NCBI GenBank assembly: GCA_963695095.1
Contig: CAVOFT010000001.1
Span: 3,136,001-3,200,000, forward strand
Direction: 5' to 3'
DNA length: 64,000 bases
Source of the DNA: an uncultured bacterium
GTDB lineage: Bacteria; Krumholzibacteriota; Krumholzibacteriia; JACNKJ01
Both the position numbers and the translations under genes were made by a program. The notes below the pieces were generated by a model, which saw only the letters and a program-made list of their open reading frames with translations, was not told the DNA's origin and made no database searches. Shown piece by piece: positions 33,264 to 42,947 of the stretch (positions within the stretch are counted from its first letter, which is position 1; each line of letters starts with the position of its first letter).

Positions 33264-33965
33264 TCAGTACAGGCTCTTGATGTGGCCCCAGCTGGTCGTC
33301 TGGGTGCCCGTGGAGCCGCAGCCCACGGGGAAAGCTCCCATCAGCACACCGCAGGTGTTGTTCGCGGGGGCGCAGGGCGAGTCCTTGCGCAGGGGGTAGT
33401 CCTCGGGCCCGGCGCCAGCGCAGAAGCGGGGATCGACGGAGATGTTGCCGTTGAGGCCGGTCTGGTCGAGCATCCCGGAGTAGTTGGCGGGCTGGTTAGC
33501 GAAGGCATCTGTGCACGTGACGAACGCGTAACCGCTGTACTCCGAGGAGAAGCAGGCAATGCCTCCTCCGACGGACGCAGCTTCGTTGCTCGCAACGATG
33601 CAGTTGTCGATATGGACCGTAGAGGGGCCGAACCACATCGGGCCAACCCAGACTCCACGAGTGTGTCCAGAATCCTGTGTAACTGACCCATCTCCGATCA
33701 CGCGCTAGATTCTCCCCGTCAAACACCACGCTGAAGTGATTCAGGGCCGCGACCGAGGCCAGCGACCGGCCGCTTCCAGGTCGTGCTCGCAGTAGGTACC
33801 GGCTGCGATGCTCACGGTGTCACCATAGCTCGCCGCAGCTAAGGCGGCCGCTATCGTCGCATAGTCCTCGGGCACATCAAGCGAAGCGGCGGCGGTCGGC
33901 GCTGCGCGAACCGAGGCCACTAGCATCAGCACGAGTGCCGGTCCAGCGAAGGACCCCTTGCTCAT
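33264..33965 (-). pseudogene. Degraded secreted parallel beta-helix protein with SWGxIK tail
   Basis: N-fragment has a signal peptide plus VPEDYATIAAAL..GDTV..AAGTY; C-fragment has GNISVDPRFC..SPCAP..MGAFPVGC..TSWGHIKSLY; stops and frameshifts at about 33700-33770. Confidence 0.7.
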
Positions 33966-34453
33966 GGTGCCTCCGCCGATACTGCGGAGAGCCGAAGCTC
34001 GCCTGCTGCGATCAAGGGCGAGCACTCGCAGACGATGTCACCGCACTCAAAGGCGAGCACGAGGATTGCGTTCTGTGGACCCGTCCAGTCCATGTGCAGC
34101 TTCCCGATCTCGGCATGGAAGGCGCTCTCTCCCTCGGTGGGGAAGAAGAGGCCCGTCATGCCGCTTGCCGGATTCAATGTCAGCTCCCAGTCAGTCGGCA
34201 GCTCGGTCCAGAGGCTGGCGGCCGAGAGGCTCAACTCCCCCAATGCCCCAGGGCATGCCACCGCTAAGTGCAGATCCGCCGCTCGTCGTGCGCTGGCGGC
34301 GTTATCCGGCACCTCAATTGTCGCATAGGCGATCCGGTGGCCGCTAGTCGCCACCTCGGTGAATGTCAGCGGCTGCTCCGTGACCAGCAGCTCCGTCTGG
34401 GCAGCCCCCGCCAGTGGCAGAAGCAGCGCCCCGATCGTCAATCCCTTGCTCAT
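33962..34453 (-). CDS. Secreted hypothetical protein; start codon disrupted by IS21 insertion
   Basis: MSKGLTIGALLLPLAGAA signal-like N-terminus; stop overlaps the next ATG; native RBS now lies beyond the IS. Confidence 0.6.
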   Translation of the reverse strand: MSKGLTIGALLLPLAGAAQTELLVTEQPLTFTEVATSGHRIAYATIEVPDNAASARRAADLHLAVACPGALGELSLSAASLWTELPTDWELTLNPASGMTGLFFPTEGESAFHAEIGKLHMDWTGPQNAILVLAFECGDIVCECSPLIAAGELRLSAVSAEAP

Positions 34454-34507
34454 TGTCAAGCGACACCCAGTTTCCCGCAGTAACGCGACACCCAGATTCC
34501 CGCACCC
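34454..34507. repeat. IS21 terminal repeat array (istB end)
   Basis: Two copies of GCGACACCCAG(T/A)TTCCCGCA; 34484-34507 is the exact reverse complement of 36680-36703. Confidence 0.9.
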
Positions 34508-34581
34508 TCTCCTCGGTGAAGTGACGGAACGACAGTCGCTTGTCGGCTCACCTCCTGCGTTGGGCGACATCCAGCCTCCCC

Positions 34582-35363
34582 TCAGCCCTGCCGGTTGACC
34601 GCCTGCTCGAGGTCTCGCAGCCGGTAGCTGCGGCCCTTGATGTTCAGCACGTGGCTGTTGTGCAGGAGCCGGTCGAGGATGGCGGTCGCCAGCACCTCGT
34701 CCCCGGCCAGGATCTCCGGCCAGTCCTTGATGCCCTTGTTGGTCGTGATCAGGATGCTGCCCCGCTGGTAGCGATGGCTCACCAGGCGGAAGAAGAGGCT
34801 CGCTTCCTGCCGGCTCATCGGCTCGAAGCCCACCTCGTCAATCACCAGGAGGCTCGAGGCGAGGTACTTCTTTCGGCGCAAGCGCGCGCTGGCGAGGTCA
34901 GCGTCGCGCTTCAGGGCGACGAGCAGATCCTCGAGCCGGGAGAAGTGCACGCCGAAGCCGTGCTCGATGGCTTTGACACCCAGGGCCACGGCGAGGTGGG
35001 TCTTGCCCACACCGGGCGGCCCCTGGATCAAGAGCGTGCGGTTCTCGCGGATCCACTGGCAGGTGGCCAGGGTCTCGATGCGGCTGCGCTCGACGCTGGG
35101 CTGGAAGCTGAAGTCGAAGCTGGCCAGGGTCTGCCCGGTGGGCAGCCCCGACAAGCGCAGGCTCGTGCGAATGCGGCGCTCCTCCCGCCAGCCAAGCTCG
35201 GCATCGAGAAGGGCATCGAGGAAGGCGTGGGGCGCGCTGCCCTCCTTGACGGCCTCGGCGATGAGCACGTCCAGGTGATCGGCGGCGCGCACGAGGCCGA
35301 GCTGACCAAGGCGCATCCGGGTCGGTCCAGGTCCAGGGCGGGCTTGACGGCTTTGGTGGTCAT
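34582..35363 (-). CDS. istB: IS21 helper ATPase IstB (one-base frameshift near 35320)
   Basis: GPPGVGKTHLA Walker A; LLVIDEVGF; ILITTNK; AILDRLLH; GRSYRL. Confidence 0.93.
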
Positions 35364-36616
35364 CGGGCCACCTCCGCCAGGGCGGCATAGAGGTCCAGCG
35401 GCCGCTGCTGCGGCGCCATCTGGGCGATCTCCTGGAGCCGCCTGCCCATCCGGCCCAGCGGCGTCGGCGCGAGCACTGTGGCCGTGCTCTCTCCCTCGTA
35501 GTGCGCCGGGTCGATGAGGATCCGCTCGCGCCCCTGACGAGGATGCTCGGCGACGAGGCTGCCATCAGCGACGACCTGAACGACCTGGGCACAGCCTCGT
35601 AGCTCAACCCGCTGGCCGAGGAAACGAAAGGGCACCGAGTAGCGCCGGCCCTCGAAGGCAACCGTGCAGTCGGGCGCCACTGGGCGGGTCGCGACGAGGT
35701 CGAAGGGCTCGGGCAGGAGCGGTAGTGGCGCCAGGAAAGGCAGCTCGGCCTGCCAGGCGGCCAGCACGCTCGTGCCGGTCGCCGGGCAGATCCTGCGCTC
35801 GGCCTCTTGCAGGCTTTGCTGATCGGTCCAGGCCTGCAGCTCGCTCCAGCTCTCCCAGTGGCGGCCCGTGACCGCGGCCCAGAGGCGGTCGCCGCGGATG
35901 CCCCGCTCCACTTTGCCTTTGTACTCGGGACGCCGGGGCGGGCACGCGTCGATGTGGAAGCGCACTGTCGCCGCATAGCGCCGATAGCTGGGATTGAGCT
36001 CGCCCCAGGGGCCAGCGCCTCGAGCAACGGCGCTGCGCTCGTTATCGACGCGCACGGTGGCCGGCACGCCGCCCAAGCGGCGAAAGGCCGCGTTGTGGAC
36101 CTGGTGCCAAGCGAGCTGGTCTTTGCGCGGCGACCAGACGCGCACACCGTAGCGGCTGTGGCTCAGTCGCAGGTGGAACTGGTAGGCGTAGACCGGCCGG
36201 TCGGCGATCCACAGGCGCGGCCACTCGGCCCAGTCCGCCTGGCCCTGGGCGCCGGGCGGCGTTTCCACCCGCCGGCGCGCCCGCTGGGCGGGCGCCGGGT
36301 AGTGAGCGCGGAAGTAGCGCTGCAGACCGCGCAGGGAGCCGGGGAAGCCGTGCTCGGCGACCAGCCAGTCGTGGAGGGCGGTCAGATTGAGCGGACCCTC
36401 GGCGAGGGCCTCGAGGTAGCAAGTGATCGCCTCGGCCCAGCCGTCGGCCAAACGCTTCTGCTGGGCTCGGCCATCGGTGGCGCCAAGGGCCTGCCGGTGG
36501 AGGTGATAGCGGACGGTGCTCTCATCGACGCCGAGGATCTCGGCGATCCGGCGTCGACTCTGGCCGCGCTCGGCCAGGTGCTTGAGACTCATGCGTGCCT
36601 CCTGCGTGAGCGTCAC
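35360..36616 (-). CDS. istA: IS21 transposase IstA
   Basis: N-terminal HTH; ETPPGAQGQADW; VRVDN; KGKVERG; RYSVP. Confidence 0.95.
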   Translation of the reverse strand: MTLTQEARMSLKHLAERGQSRRRIAEILGVDESTVRYHLHRQALGATDGRAQQKRLADGWAEAITCYLEALAEGPLNLTALHDWLVAEHGFPGSLRGLQRYFRAHYPAPAQRARRRVETPPGAQGQADWAEWPRLWIADRPVYAYQFHLRLSHSRYGVRVWSPRKDQLAWHQVHNAAFRRLGGVPATVRVDNERSAVARGAGPWGELNPSYRRYAATVRFHIDACPPRRPEYKGKVERGIRGDRLWAAVTGRHWESWSELQAWTDQQSLQEAERRICPATGTSVLAAWQAELPFLAPLPLLPEPFDLVATRPVAPDCTVAFEGRRYSVPFRFLGQRVELRGCAQVVQVVADGSLVAEHPRQGRERILIDPAHYEGESTATVLAPTPLGRMGRRLQEIAQMAPQQRPLDLYAALAEVAR

Positions 36617-36679
36617 GGCCGGCCCTCCTCCCGCGAAAGGCGGGAGTCTGCCGGACCGGCGACACGATGTCAGGAGGAG

Positions 36680-36732
36680 GGGTGCGGGAATCTGGGTGTC
36701 GCGCTAGCCCCAGGATAGGCCGTCGCGCTACA
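36680..36732. repeat. IS21 terminal repeat (istA end)
   Basis: GGGTGCGGGAATCTGGGTGTCGCG plus a degenerate outer copy ending in CTACA. Confidence 0.88.
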
Positions 36733-36764
36733 CTCATGGCTCCTCCTTCTCCTGGTGGTGGGTT

Positions 36765-38260
36765 CTACTTGACGAGGGTGGCCTTCACCACTTCCTCGCG
36801 GTCCCGGAAGTTGAACCGGCAGAGGTGCATGCCCGAGGGCAGGGCCTCGCCGGCGTCGTTCTTGCCGTTGAACTCGATCCGCTGCTCGCCGCTCGGGAGC
36901 GCCCTGTCCAGGAGCTGGCGCACGACCCGGCCCCGGATATCGTAGACCGTCGCTCGAACCAGCCCGCCCCCGCGGGGAACCGTGATCGTGAACTCGATGA
37001 CCGGATTGAAGGGATTGGGGTAGTTCCGGCCTACCGTGAAGGGCGGGCTGGGCTCCTCCACCAGGACCATGAAGTCCGGCGGTGGCGTCAGGTTGGGATC
37101 CACGAGCAGGGGGAAGAGCGCATCCACGCGGCCCCGGTTGCTCTTGACTGGTGGTCCGGAGGGGTTACCCCACCAGCACTTCCGCGCCTGGACGGTACCG
37201 GAGTAGTGGAAGTTGCAGACGTTGAGCTTCTCGTTATCCTCGAAGATATTGTAGCCGCCCATGGCCAGCGGCGGATCTTCCTGATAATAGCCGAAGAACA
37301 TGAGGTTGTCGCTCCACGCAGTATTCACAGCAGCATAGTAGCAGTCCGTGAAGCTCGAGTACTCGGCGGTGAAGCGCCCCGAGCCTGGAGGCTAGCGCCT
37401 ACCGTGTAGCCGCGCACCGTCAGCCCGGTTGCTTTGACCATGCCGCCCTGGACATCCACGCCCAGCTCACCGCGATCGATCCCCTGCGGATCGTAGGCGT
37501 GCTCGACGAGGACAGTGTCGAGGAAGAGCGTATCCGCGGTGCCGCCCACCGCGCGGATGGCGACCTCGGCGTCGCGGAAGATGGAGTTCTCGACAAACAC
37601 ATGGTTCCCGCCTCCCTCGAGTTGAAGCGGCGGCAGGGGCGACGCCGTTCCCAGCACGTGCTCAAACTTGCACCACTCCAGGTGGGCATTGTCCCCGGGG
37701 ATCACCGTCCAGCCCGACTCGAAGGTGCAGCCCCGGAGCCAGGCGTCCTCTACGGAGACCAGCACCGCGCTCTCCGTGCCCGGATCTGTGAACGTGCAAC
37801 CGCGCACCAGGGTTGAATCCGCGCTCTCTGACCCGATGAAGCTGAGGGCGGAGAAGCCGACAAAGGTGCAGCGTTCGAGGCTTACCGGCTGCGAGTTATC
37901 GGGTCCAAGCTGGCGGAAGACGAGCTCGGCCGCACCTTCGGCATCCGGGCCGAAGGAGACGAACTGAACGGGCGATCCGGTGGTGCCCGCTGCGCGGATT
38001 CGCCGGCCGAGATCTCGACGTGCTGCGGGTCGATGCCGGCGGCCTCGTTGTCGAAATTCGCGATGTAGACCGTCGTGCCCGGCGCGATGGTCAGCATGGC
38101 GCCCTCAGGCACAACGTAGTCCCCGGAGACCCAGATCTCGCCGCTCCATACGACACCGGGCAATTCGCTGTCGCGGGGACCGCCCCATTCCGTCAAAGAG
38201 CGGTAAGGGTTGATCAGACCGGCGCCAAGAACATCGGCCAGAGGGGCTCCGGCTCCGCGT
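36765..38260 (-). pseudogene. Fragmented secreted protein (S8 C-terminal remnant, beta-helix, FlgD-Ig tail)
   Basis: Three successive ORFs: GAGLINPY..WSGEIWVSGD..LTIAPGTTV; beta-helix repeats; NYPNPFNP..YDIRGRVVR..LPSGMHL..KATLVK. Confidence 0.65.
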
Positions 38261-38496
38261 ACTTCACCGCTGCTTGGAAAGTACATTCATGGAATCACTG
38301 CCAGGAACTGCTGGTTATTCGTTAGCTAGCTAACGTTTATCTTGGCATGGCCTTGCCTGTACGACAGGCAGCGTCTAGTCCGCTCTGCTCGGATACTTAC
38401 ACCGTTGCCTGAGGCCTGGACGGCACCAGAAGCGCGACGACGCGGGGTTCCTCGCCGCTGTACAGCACGCAAGCTCCACGACAGAGCTGGGTGCGT

Positions 38497-41325
38497 CTAC
38501 TTGATCAAGATCAGCTTCTCGCTCGCCGTGAAGGTCCCCGCCTCCAGGCGCACGAAGTAGACCCCGCTGGCCAGAGGTCGGCCCGCCGCATCGCGGCCAT
38601 CCCAGCGCAGGCTCCCCGGGCCGGCGGCAGCCGGGCCATCGAAGAGCAGCGCGAGGCGGCGGCCCGCCAGATCCAGCACTTCCAGGCGCAGCGCGCCGGC
38701 GGCTGGCAGAGACCAGGCGATCGTGGTCGCCGGATTGAAGGGGTTGGGCCAGGCGCCGAGCGCCACCGTTGCGGCCGGCGCCGCATCAGGCGCGGCCGTC
38801 ACGATGCTGCCCGTGAAGAAGCTGAGGTCGTCCAGCCAGAAGCCATCGCCCGTGACGCCTCCATCGGAACCGAAGTCGAAGCGAAAGCGCGTGGCCGCGG
38901 TGAGATGCTCGCTGAGGACGAAGACCACCGGCTCCCAGTCGCTGCTCGTGCCCGACCAGCCGGGCGCGTTGCCGAGCCCGCCGAGCAGGATGTCCGTGTA
39001 GCCCGTCTGCGGCGCTAGCGGATACCAGGTGCCGGCCTCTTCCACCTGCACGCGCACGCCGTCGAAGCCGGCCTCCGTGCCGCGCCAGATGTGGAAGCTG
39101 AGCAGGAGCTGATCGGCGGCAGCGAAATCGTAGGCCGGGCTGAGCAGGCTGCCGGCCACGTCGTCGCCGTAGTCGGCCGCTTGCCCCACGCCCCAGCACT
39201 TGCTGCCGGAGAAGGCCGCGGGCGGGCCGCCGTCCACGGGCGTGCCCCAGCTCCAGAGGGGATCGCCCGAGATCGTGAAGCCGCCGTTCGTGGCCTCGAA
39301 GGTTTCATCCGCATCGGGCAGGACCAGGGTGTAGGCGAGGAACGCGCGCGTGCCGCTGCCCAGCAGGCCGAGGTCCCAGCCGCCCAGCCAACCCGCGCCG
39401 TGGCCCGGCAGCCCGCCAAGCAAGAGCGGGAAGTCCACGCCCTCGGGCGCGCCCTGGAGGGCGAAGATGCCTTCGCCGTCCGTGAGCGCGGCGGCCAGCG
39501 GCGTGTCCACGGCTTCGACCCGCACGCCGGCCAGGGGCGCCGCGGCTTCGCTCTTCACGCGGCCGCTCAGCTCCACGAGGGGCAGCGGCGTCATCGCCAG
39601 GTCGAGCAGCTCGTCCTCGCCGTCGGCGAGCGCGACGCCCGTGGCCAGCGGCGCGTGGAAGAAGTCCGCGAGCGCGAGCGTGTAGCTGCCCGCCGCCAGC
39701 ACGAAGGTGTAGTGTCCGCTTGCATCCGTGCTGCCGAAGGCGCCGGTCTCGGCCACCTCGATGGCGACATCCGCGAGCGGCAGCCCGCTGACGGCATCCG
39801 TCACCGTGCCGCTCACGCGCCCGATGCCGGTGGCCTCGACATGTGCCCAGGCGGCAACCAGGTCGGGCCGCGGGCCGATGTGGATCGCCGGGCTGTTCTG
39901 CGGCGTGCCCGTGGCGACGAGGATCTCGCGCGCGAGCGTGGCGTCCAGGCTGAAGCCGTAGGCGCTCTCCACCATGCCCTGCAGCGCGGCCACCGAGCCC
40001 GTCACGATGGGCGAAGCGCTCGAGGTGCCGCTGAAGCTGTCCGTGTACCACTCCTCCTCGGGCAGGGGATCGCCCTGCAGGGTGCCGTAGCCGCAGCTCA
40101 CCACCGAGTAGCCCCAGCCGTGCAGATCCACGCGGCTGCCGTAGTTCGTGAAGGAGGCCGGATCCAGCGAGGAACCGGAGGTCGCCCCGCACATGATGGC
40201 GCCCGAGTCGCGCAGGTTGCGATCGAAGAGGCCCATGTAGACGGCATCGTCCAGGTCCTGGCTGCCGTTGCCCGCCGCCTCGCAGACGATGCGGCCCATG
40301 GCCGTCGCCGTGCGGATGGCGTCGAAGTTGTCCTGCCAGAACTCCATCGGCACGTAGCCGAACTGGCCCGAGCCGTTGGCGTTGGGCCCCGGCGCGTGCA
40401 GCTCGATGAGCTCGAGGTCGCCGGGCTCCAGGGCCAGCGCGCCGTTGAGAATGGCGTCGGCCACCGACTGGTTGCCGATCGAGGAGGCCCCCACCGCCGA
40501 CTGCGGCACGATGCCGCGCACGCCGAAGCCGTTGTCCGTGCCGCGGAGTTCGCCGAGCACGGCCGTGCCGTGGTTGCGCCAGCTCAGGCTCGCGATCTGC
40601 GCGCCGATCTCGACGAGGGGCGCCGGCAGGTCCTCGTGGCTCCAGAGCCAGCCGCCCTCGATGTCGACGATGCTCACGCTCGCGCCCAGGGCCCCGGGCT
40701 CGGGGGCCATGGACCAGGCGCCCACGCCCAGGGGCGCGTCGTCGAGGTAGCCCTGCTGGTCGCTGAAGTCGGGCGTGTCGCGGTCGCCGCCGGCGGCGCG
40801 GCCCGCCGCGGCGCCTGCCGGCGACCCGCCCCCGGGGGCGGGCACGTCCCCGGTGAAGGCGTCGAAGCCGAGCGCGGCGGGTACCGCCACGGGCTCCAGC
40901 CAGGCGACAGCCACGGCGGGATCGGCGGCGAGTAGCGCGAGCAGGGAGAGGCCGGCCGCGCGGTCGCCGGGCGCGAAGGCGCCCTCGAGCTGGGCGTAGC
41001 GCGCGAGGTCGGGCAGGGCCTCGCCGCGCGCGTCGCGGGCGCCGGCGCGCAGGGCGTCGAGCACGGCAAGCGGCGCGCTGAAGCGAGGCGCGAGCTGGCT
41101 GTCGGGGGCAAGCGCGGCGAGCCGCGCCGCGAAGGCCTCCGCGCGGCCGGCCTCGCGCGAAACCGGCCCCGCCGCATCCATGCGCAGACCCTCGGCGAGC
41201 TGCAGCACGATGCGACCGGAGGGGGCCGGTGTCTGGAGCGCCGGGTCGCCCCCGGGGGCGGCGGCGGCGAGAACGGGCAGGGCCAGGCTCAGGCAGAGGG
41301 CAAGCAGGCGGGCGAGGCGGCGCAT
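38497..41325 (-). CDS. Secreted S8 (subtilisin-like) peptidase with carboxypeptidase-regulatory-like domains and FlgD-Ig tail
   Basis: Triad VDIEGG / HGTAVLG / FSGTSSASP; VSGTVTDA repeat; PNPFNP..SGVYFVRL..KLILIK; signal peptide from MRRLARLL. Confidence 0.9.
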   Translation of the reverse strand: MRRLARLLALCLSLALPVLAAAAPGGDPALQTPAPSGRIVLQLAEGLRMDAAGPVSREAGRAEAFAARLAALAPDSQLAPRFSAPLAVLDALRAGARDARGEALPDLARYAQLEGAFAPGDRAAGLSLLALLAADPAVAVAWLEPVAVPAALGFDAFTGDVPAPGGGSPAGAAAGRAAGGDRDTPDFSDQQGYLDDAPLGVGAWSMAPEPGALGASVSIVDIEGGWLWSHEDLPAPLVEIGAQIASLSWRNHGTAVLGELRGTDNGFGVRGIVPQSAVGASSIGNQSVADAILNGALALEPGDLELIELHAPGPNANGSGQFGYVPMEFWQDNFDAIRTATAMGRIVCEAAGNGSQDLDDAVYMGLFDRNLRDSGAIMCGATSGSSLDPASFTNYGSRVDLHGWGYSVVSCGYGTLQGDPLPEEEWYTDSFSGTSSASPIVTGSVAALQGMVESAYGFSLDATLAREILVATGTPQNSPAIHIGPRPDLVAAWAHVEATGIGRVSGTVTDAVSGLPLADVAIEVAETGAFGSTDASGHYTFVLAAGSYTLALADFFHAPLATGVALADGEDELLDLAMTPLPLVELSGRVKSEAAAPLAGVRVEAVDTPLAAALTDGEGIFALQGAPEGVDFPLLLGGLPGHGAGWLGGWDLGLLGSGTRAFLAYTLVLPDADETFEATNGGFTISGDPLWSWGTPVDGGPPAAFSGSKCWGVGQAADYGDDVAGSLLSPAYDFAAADQLLLSFHIWRGTEAGFDGVRVQVEEAGTWYPLAPQTGYTDILLGGLGNAPGWSGTSSDWEPVVFVLSEHLTAATRFRFDFGSDGGVTGDGFWLDDLSFFTGSIVTAAPDAAPAATVALGAWPNPFNPATTIAWSLPAAGALRLEVLDLAGRRLALLFDGPAAAGPGSLRWDGRDAAGRPLASGVYFVRLEAGTFTASEKLILIK

Positions 41326-41456
41326 GGCGGTCCTTGGGGCCGCGCGCCTGAGGAGGCCGCGGCGCGGTGAGGGGTGGTGGCTGTTCATTATAACCCATTG
41401 ATGGGCCGCGGCCCAAGCGCCGCCGGCGCCCCCCGTCGGCGCAGCGCGACCGGCCG

Positions 41457-41984
41457 CTAGAGCCGATAGCGCTCCCTGAGCACGCCCAAATGGTGCGCCT
41501 CGTGCCCCGCGATGATCCAGCCCAGGGCCCGCACGGTGAACTCGCCCTGGTTCGCCCGCCCCCGTCGCTCGAGCTGGGCAGCGTCGAAACCGTCGAAGAG
41601 CGCGATCGTCGCCTCGCGCACGCGGCGCAACTCCTCGCGCAGGGCGGGCCAGGGTCGCGCGTCGAAGCCGGCGGCGGCCACGTAGGCGTTCTCGTCGAAT
41701 CCCGGCAGCTCGGCCGTCTCCCCGCGGGCAATGCACAGCGCCCGCATGGCCAGGATGCGCTCGCTGTCGGCGAGATGCCCCAGCACTTCCTTGATGCTCC
41801 ACTTGCCCGGCGCGTAGCGGGCCAGGGACTGCTCTTCGGTGAGGCCTTCCAGCAGGGTAAAGGTTTCGGCGAGCTGGCGCCCGAAGACGGCCGGCGGCTT
41901 GCCCACCCGCACCTGCTCGACATAGCGCGTGTAGTAGGCCGGATGCTCGTCGGCGGCCGGGCGCCGGCTCCAGAGGGTACTCAT
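41457..41984 (-). CDS. DinB family protein
   Basis: YAPGKWSIKEVLGHLADSER; LPGFDEN; IAGHEAHH. Confidence 0.9.
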   Translation of the reverse strand: MSTLWSRRPAADEHPAYYTRYVEQVRVGKPPAVFGRQLAETFTLLEGLTEEQSLARYAPGKWSIKEVLGHLADSERILAMRALCIARGETAELPGFDENAYVAAAGFDARPWPALREELRRVREATIALFDGFDAAQLERRGRANQGEFTVRALGWIIAGHEAHHLGVLRERYRL

Positions 41985-42862
41985 GCCTGGTCCTCCTCTG
42001 TGGTTGGCGTCAAGGCCACCAGCGCGCCGGCCACCCAGGTCGGCTCGGGCGCCTGGTAGTAGTCGCTCATGTCGTCGGCGACGATGTCGATCAGCTCCCA
42101 GCGGCAGGGCCCGAGGAGCGCGCGCAGGACCTGGCCCACGTCGCGGGCGTCGCTCTTCGTCTCCACGCAGTGCCGGTTGAAGGCGGCGTACTCGCCGCGG
42201 GCGAGCAGATCCAGGCCCTCGCCAATGCGCCGGGTGGCCAGCTCGTAGCCACCGGCTTCGGGAGCGAGGGCGCTCTCTGCATCGTCGCCGTAGCCTCGGC
42301 CGTGGTGAAACAGGTCGCCCGTGGCGACGATCACCGTGCCCGCGGCCCGCGCGCTCGCCGCCAGCTCCGCGAAACTGGGTAAGCGCTCGGGCGCGCCACC
42401 GGCGAGATAGGGATAACACTCGATGCGCTCCGGCTCCGCACAGCCACGCCGGGCGCACTCGGCCGCCAGCAGCCAGCCGAAGTGATCCAGCGAGAACTCG
42501 TCGCGCCAGTCCTCGCGCCCGGCCAGGCCCGGCCCCTGGATGCCCCAGCTCGCCTCGGTGGCGGGGTTTCCCCCGGCCGCGACGCGCTTGCGGGCAGCGT
42601 CGAGATCCTCCGTGAGCGCGTGCAGCACGCCGAGGGCGATCACCCGGCGCGCCCCCACGTCCAGCACGGCGTGCACGACGGCGGCGATCAGATGCCCGCA
42701 GATCGCGATCGAAGCGTGGGGAAAGATGAAGGCGCCGCCAGCGACCAGGGTCGGCGCGAGCGTCCAGCGCCGGCCCACCTTCAGCAGCATCGCTGCGCCA
42801 TCGGCACCCATGGTCTCACGCTGCTGCCGGCCGGCCAGCTTGAACTTCGGCATGCGAGCCAT
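41981..42862 (-). CDS. Memo/AmmeMemoRadiSam-B-like (LigB-fold) protein
   Basis: IFPHA, ALGVLH, EFSLD, VATGDLFHHG resemble Memo motifs PHAG/GPSH/EHS.E/SSD.SHYG. Confidence 0.55.
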   Translation of the reverse strand: MARMPKFKLAGRQQRETMGADGAAMLLKVGRRWTLAPTLVAGGAFIFPHASIAICGHLIAAVVHAVLDVGARRVIALGVLHALTEDLDAARKRVAAGGNPATEASWGIQGPGLAGREDWRDEFSLDHFGWLLAAECARRGCAEPERIECYPYLAGGAPERLPSFAELAASARAAGTVIVATGDLFHHGRGYGDDAESALAPEAGGYELATRRIGEGLDLLARGEYAAFNRHCVETKSDARDVGQVLRALLGPCRWELIDIVADDMSDYYQAPEPTWVAGALVALTPTTEEDQA

Positions 42863-42947
42863 GGCCCCTCCGTGTCCCGGAAGGCACCAGCATACACGAG
42901 AGCGCTCGGGCGGCCAAGCCGCCCGGCGCGGGCGCTGCCGAAGGGAT

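Larger units (their letters stand above)
34454..36732 (-). mobile_element. Complete IS21-family insertion sequence (2279 bp)
   Basis: TGT...ACA ends, 5-bp direct repeat CTCAT at 34449-34453 and 36733-36737, subterminal repeats, istA-istB. Confidence 0.95.

Noticed and set aside
34460..34507. Tandem 20-bp repeats as a mini CRISPR array
   Set aside because: Only two copies with a 5-bp gap, mirrored at the other IS end. They are IS21 transposase-binding repeats, and no cas genes are present.
41326..41802. N-terminal 159 aa of the 1101-aa ORF
   Set aside because: It overlaps the DinB gene. The signal peptide starts at MRRLARLL (41325), downstream of a TATAAT.
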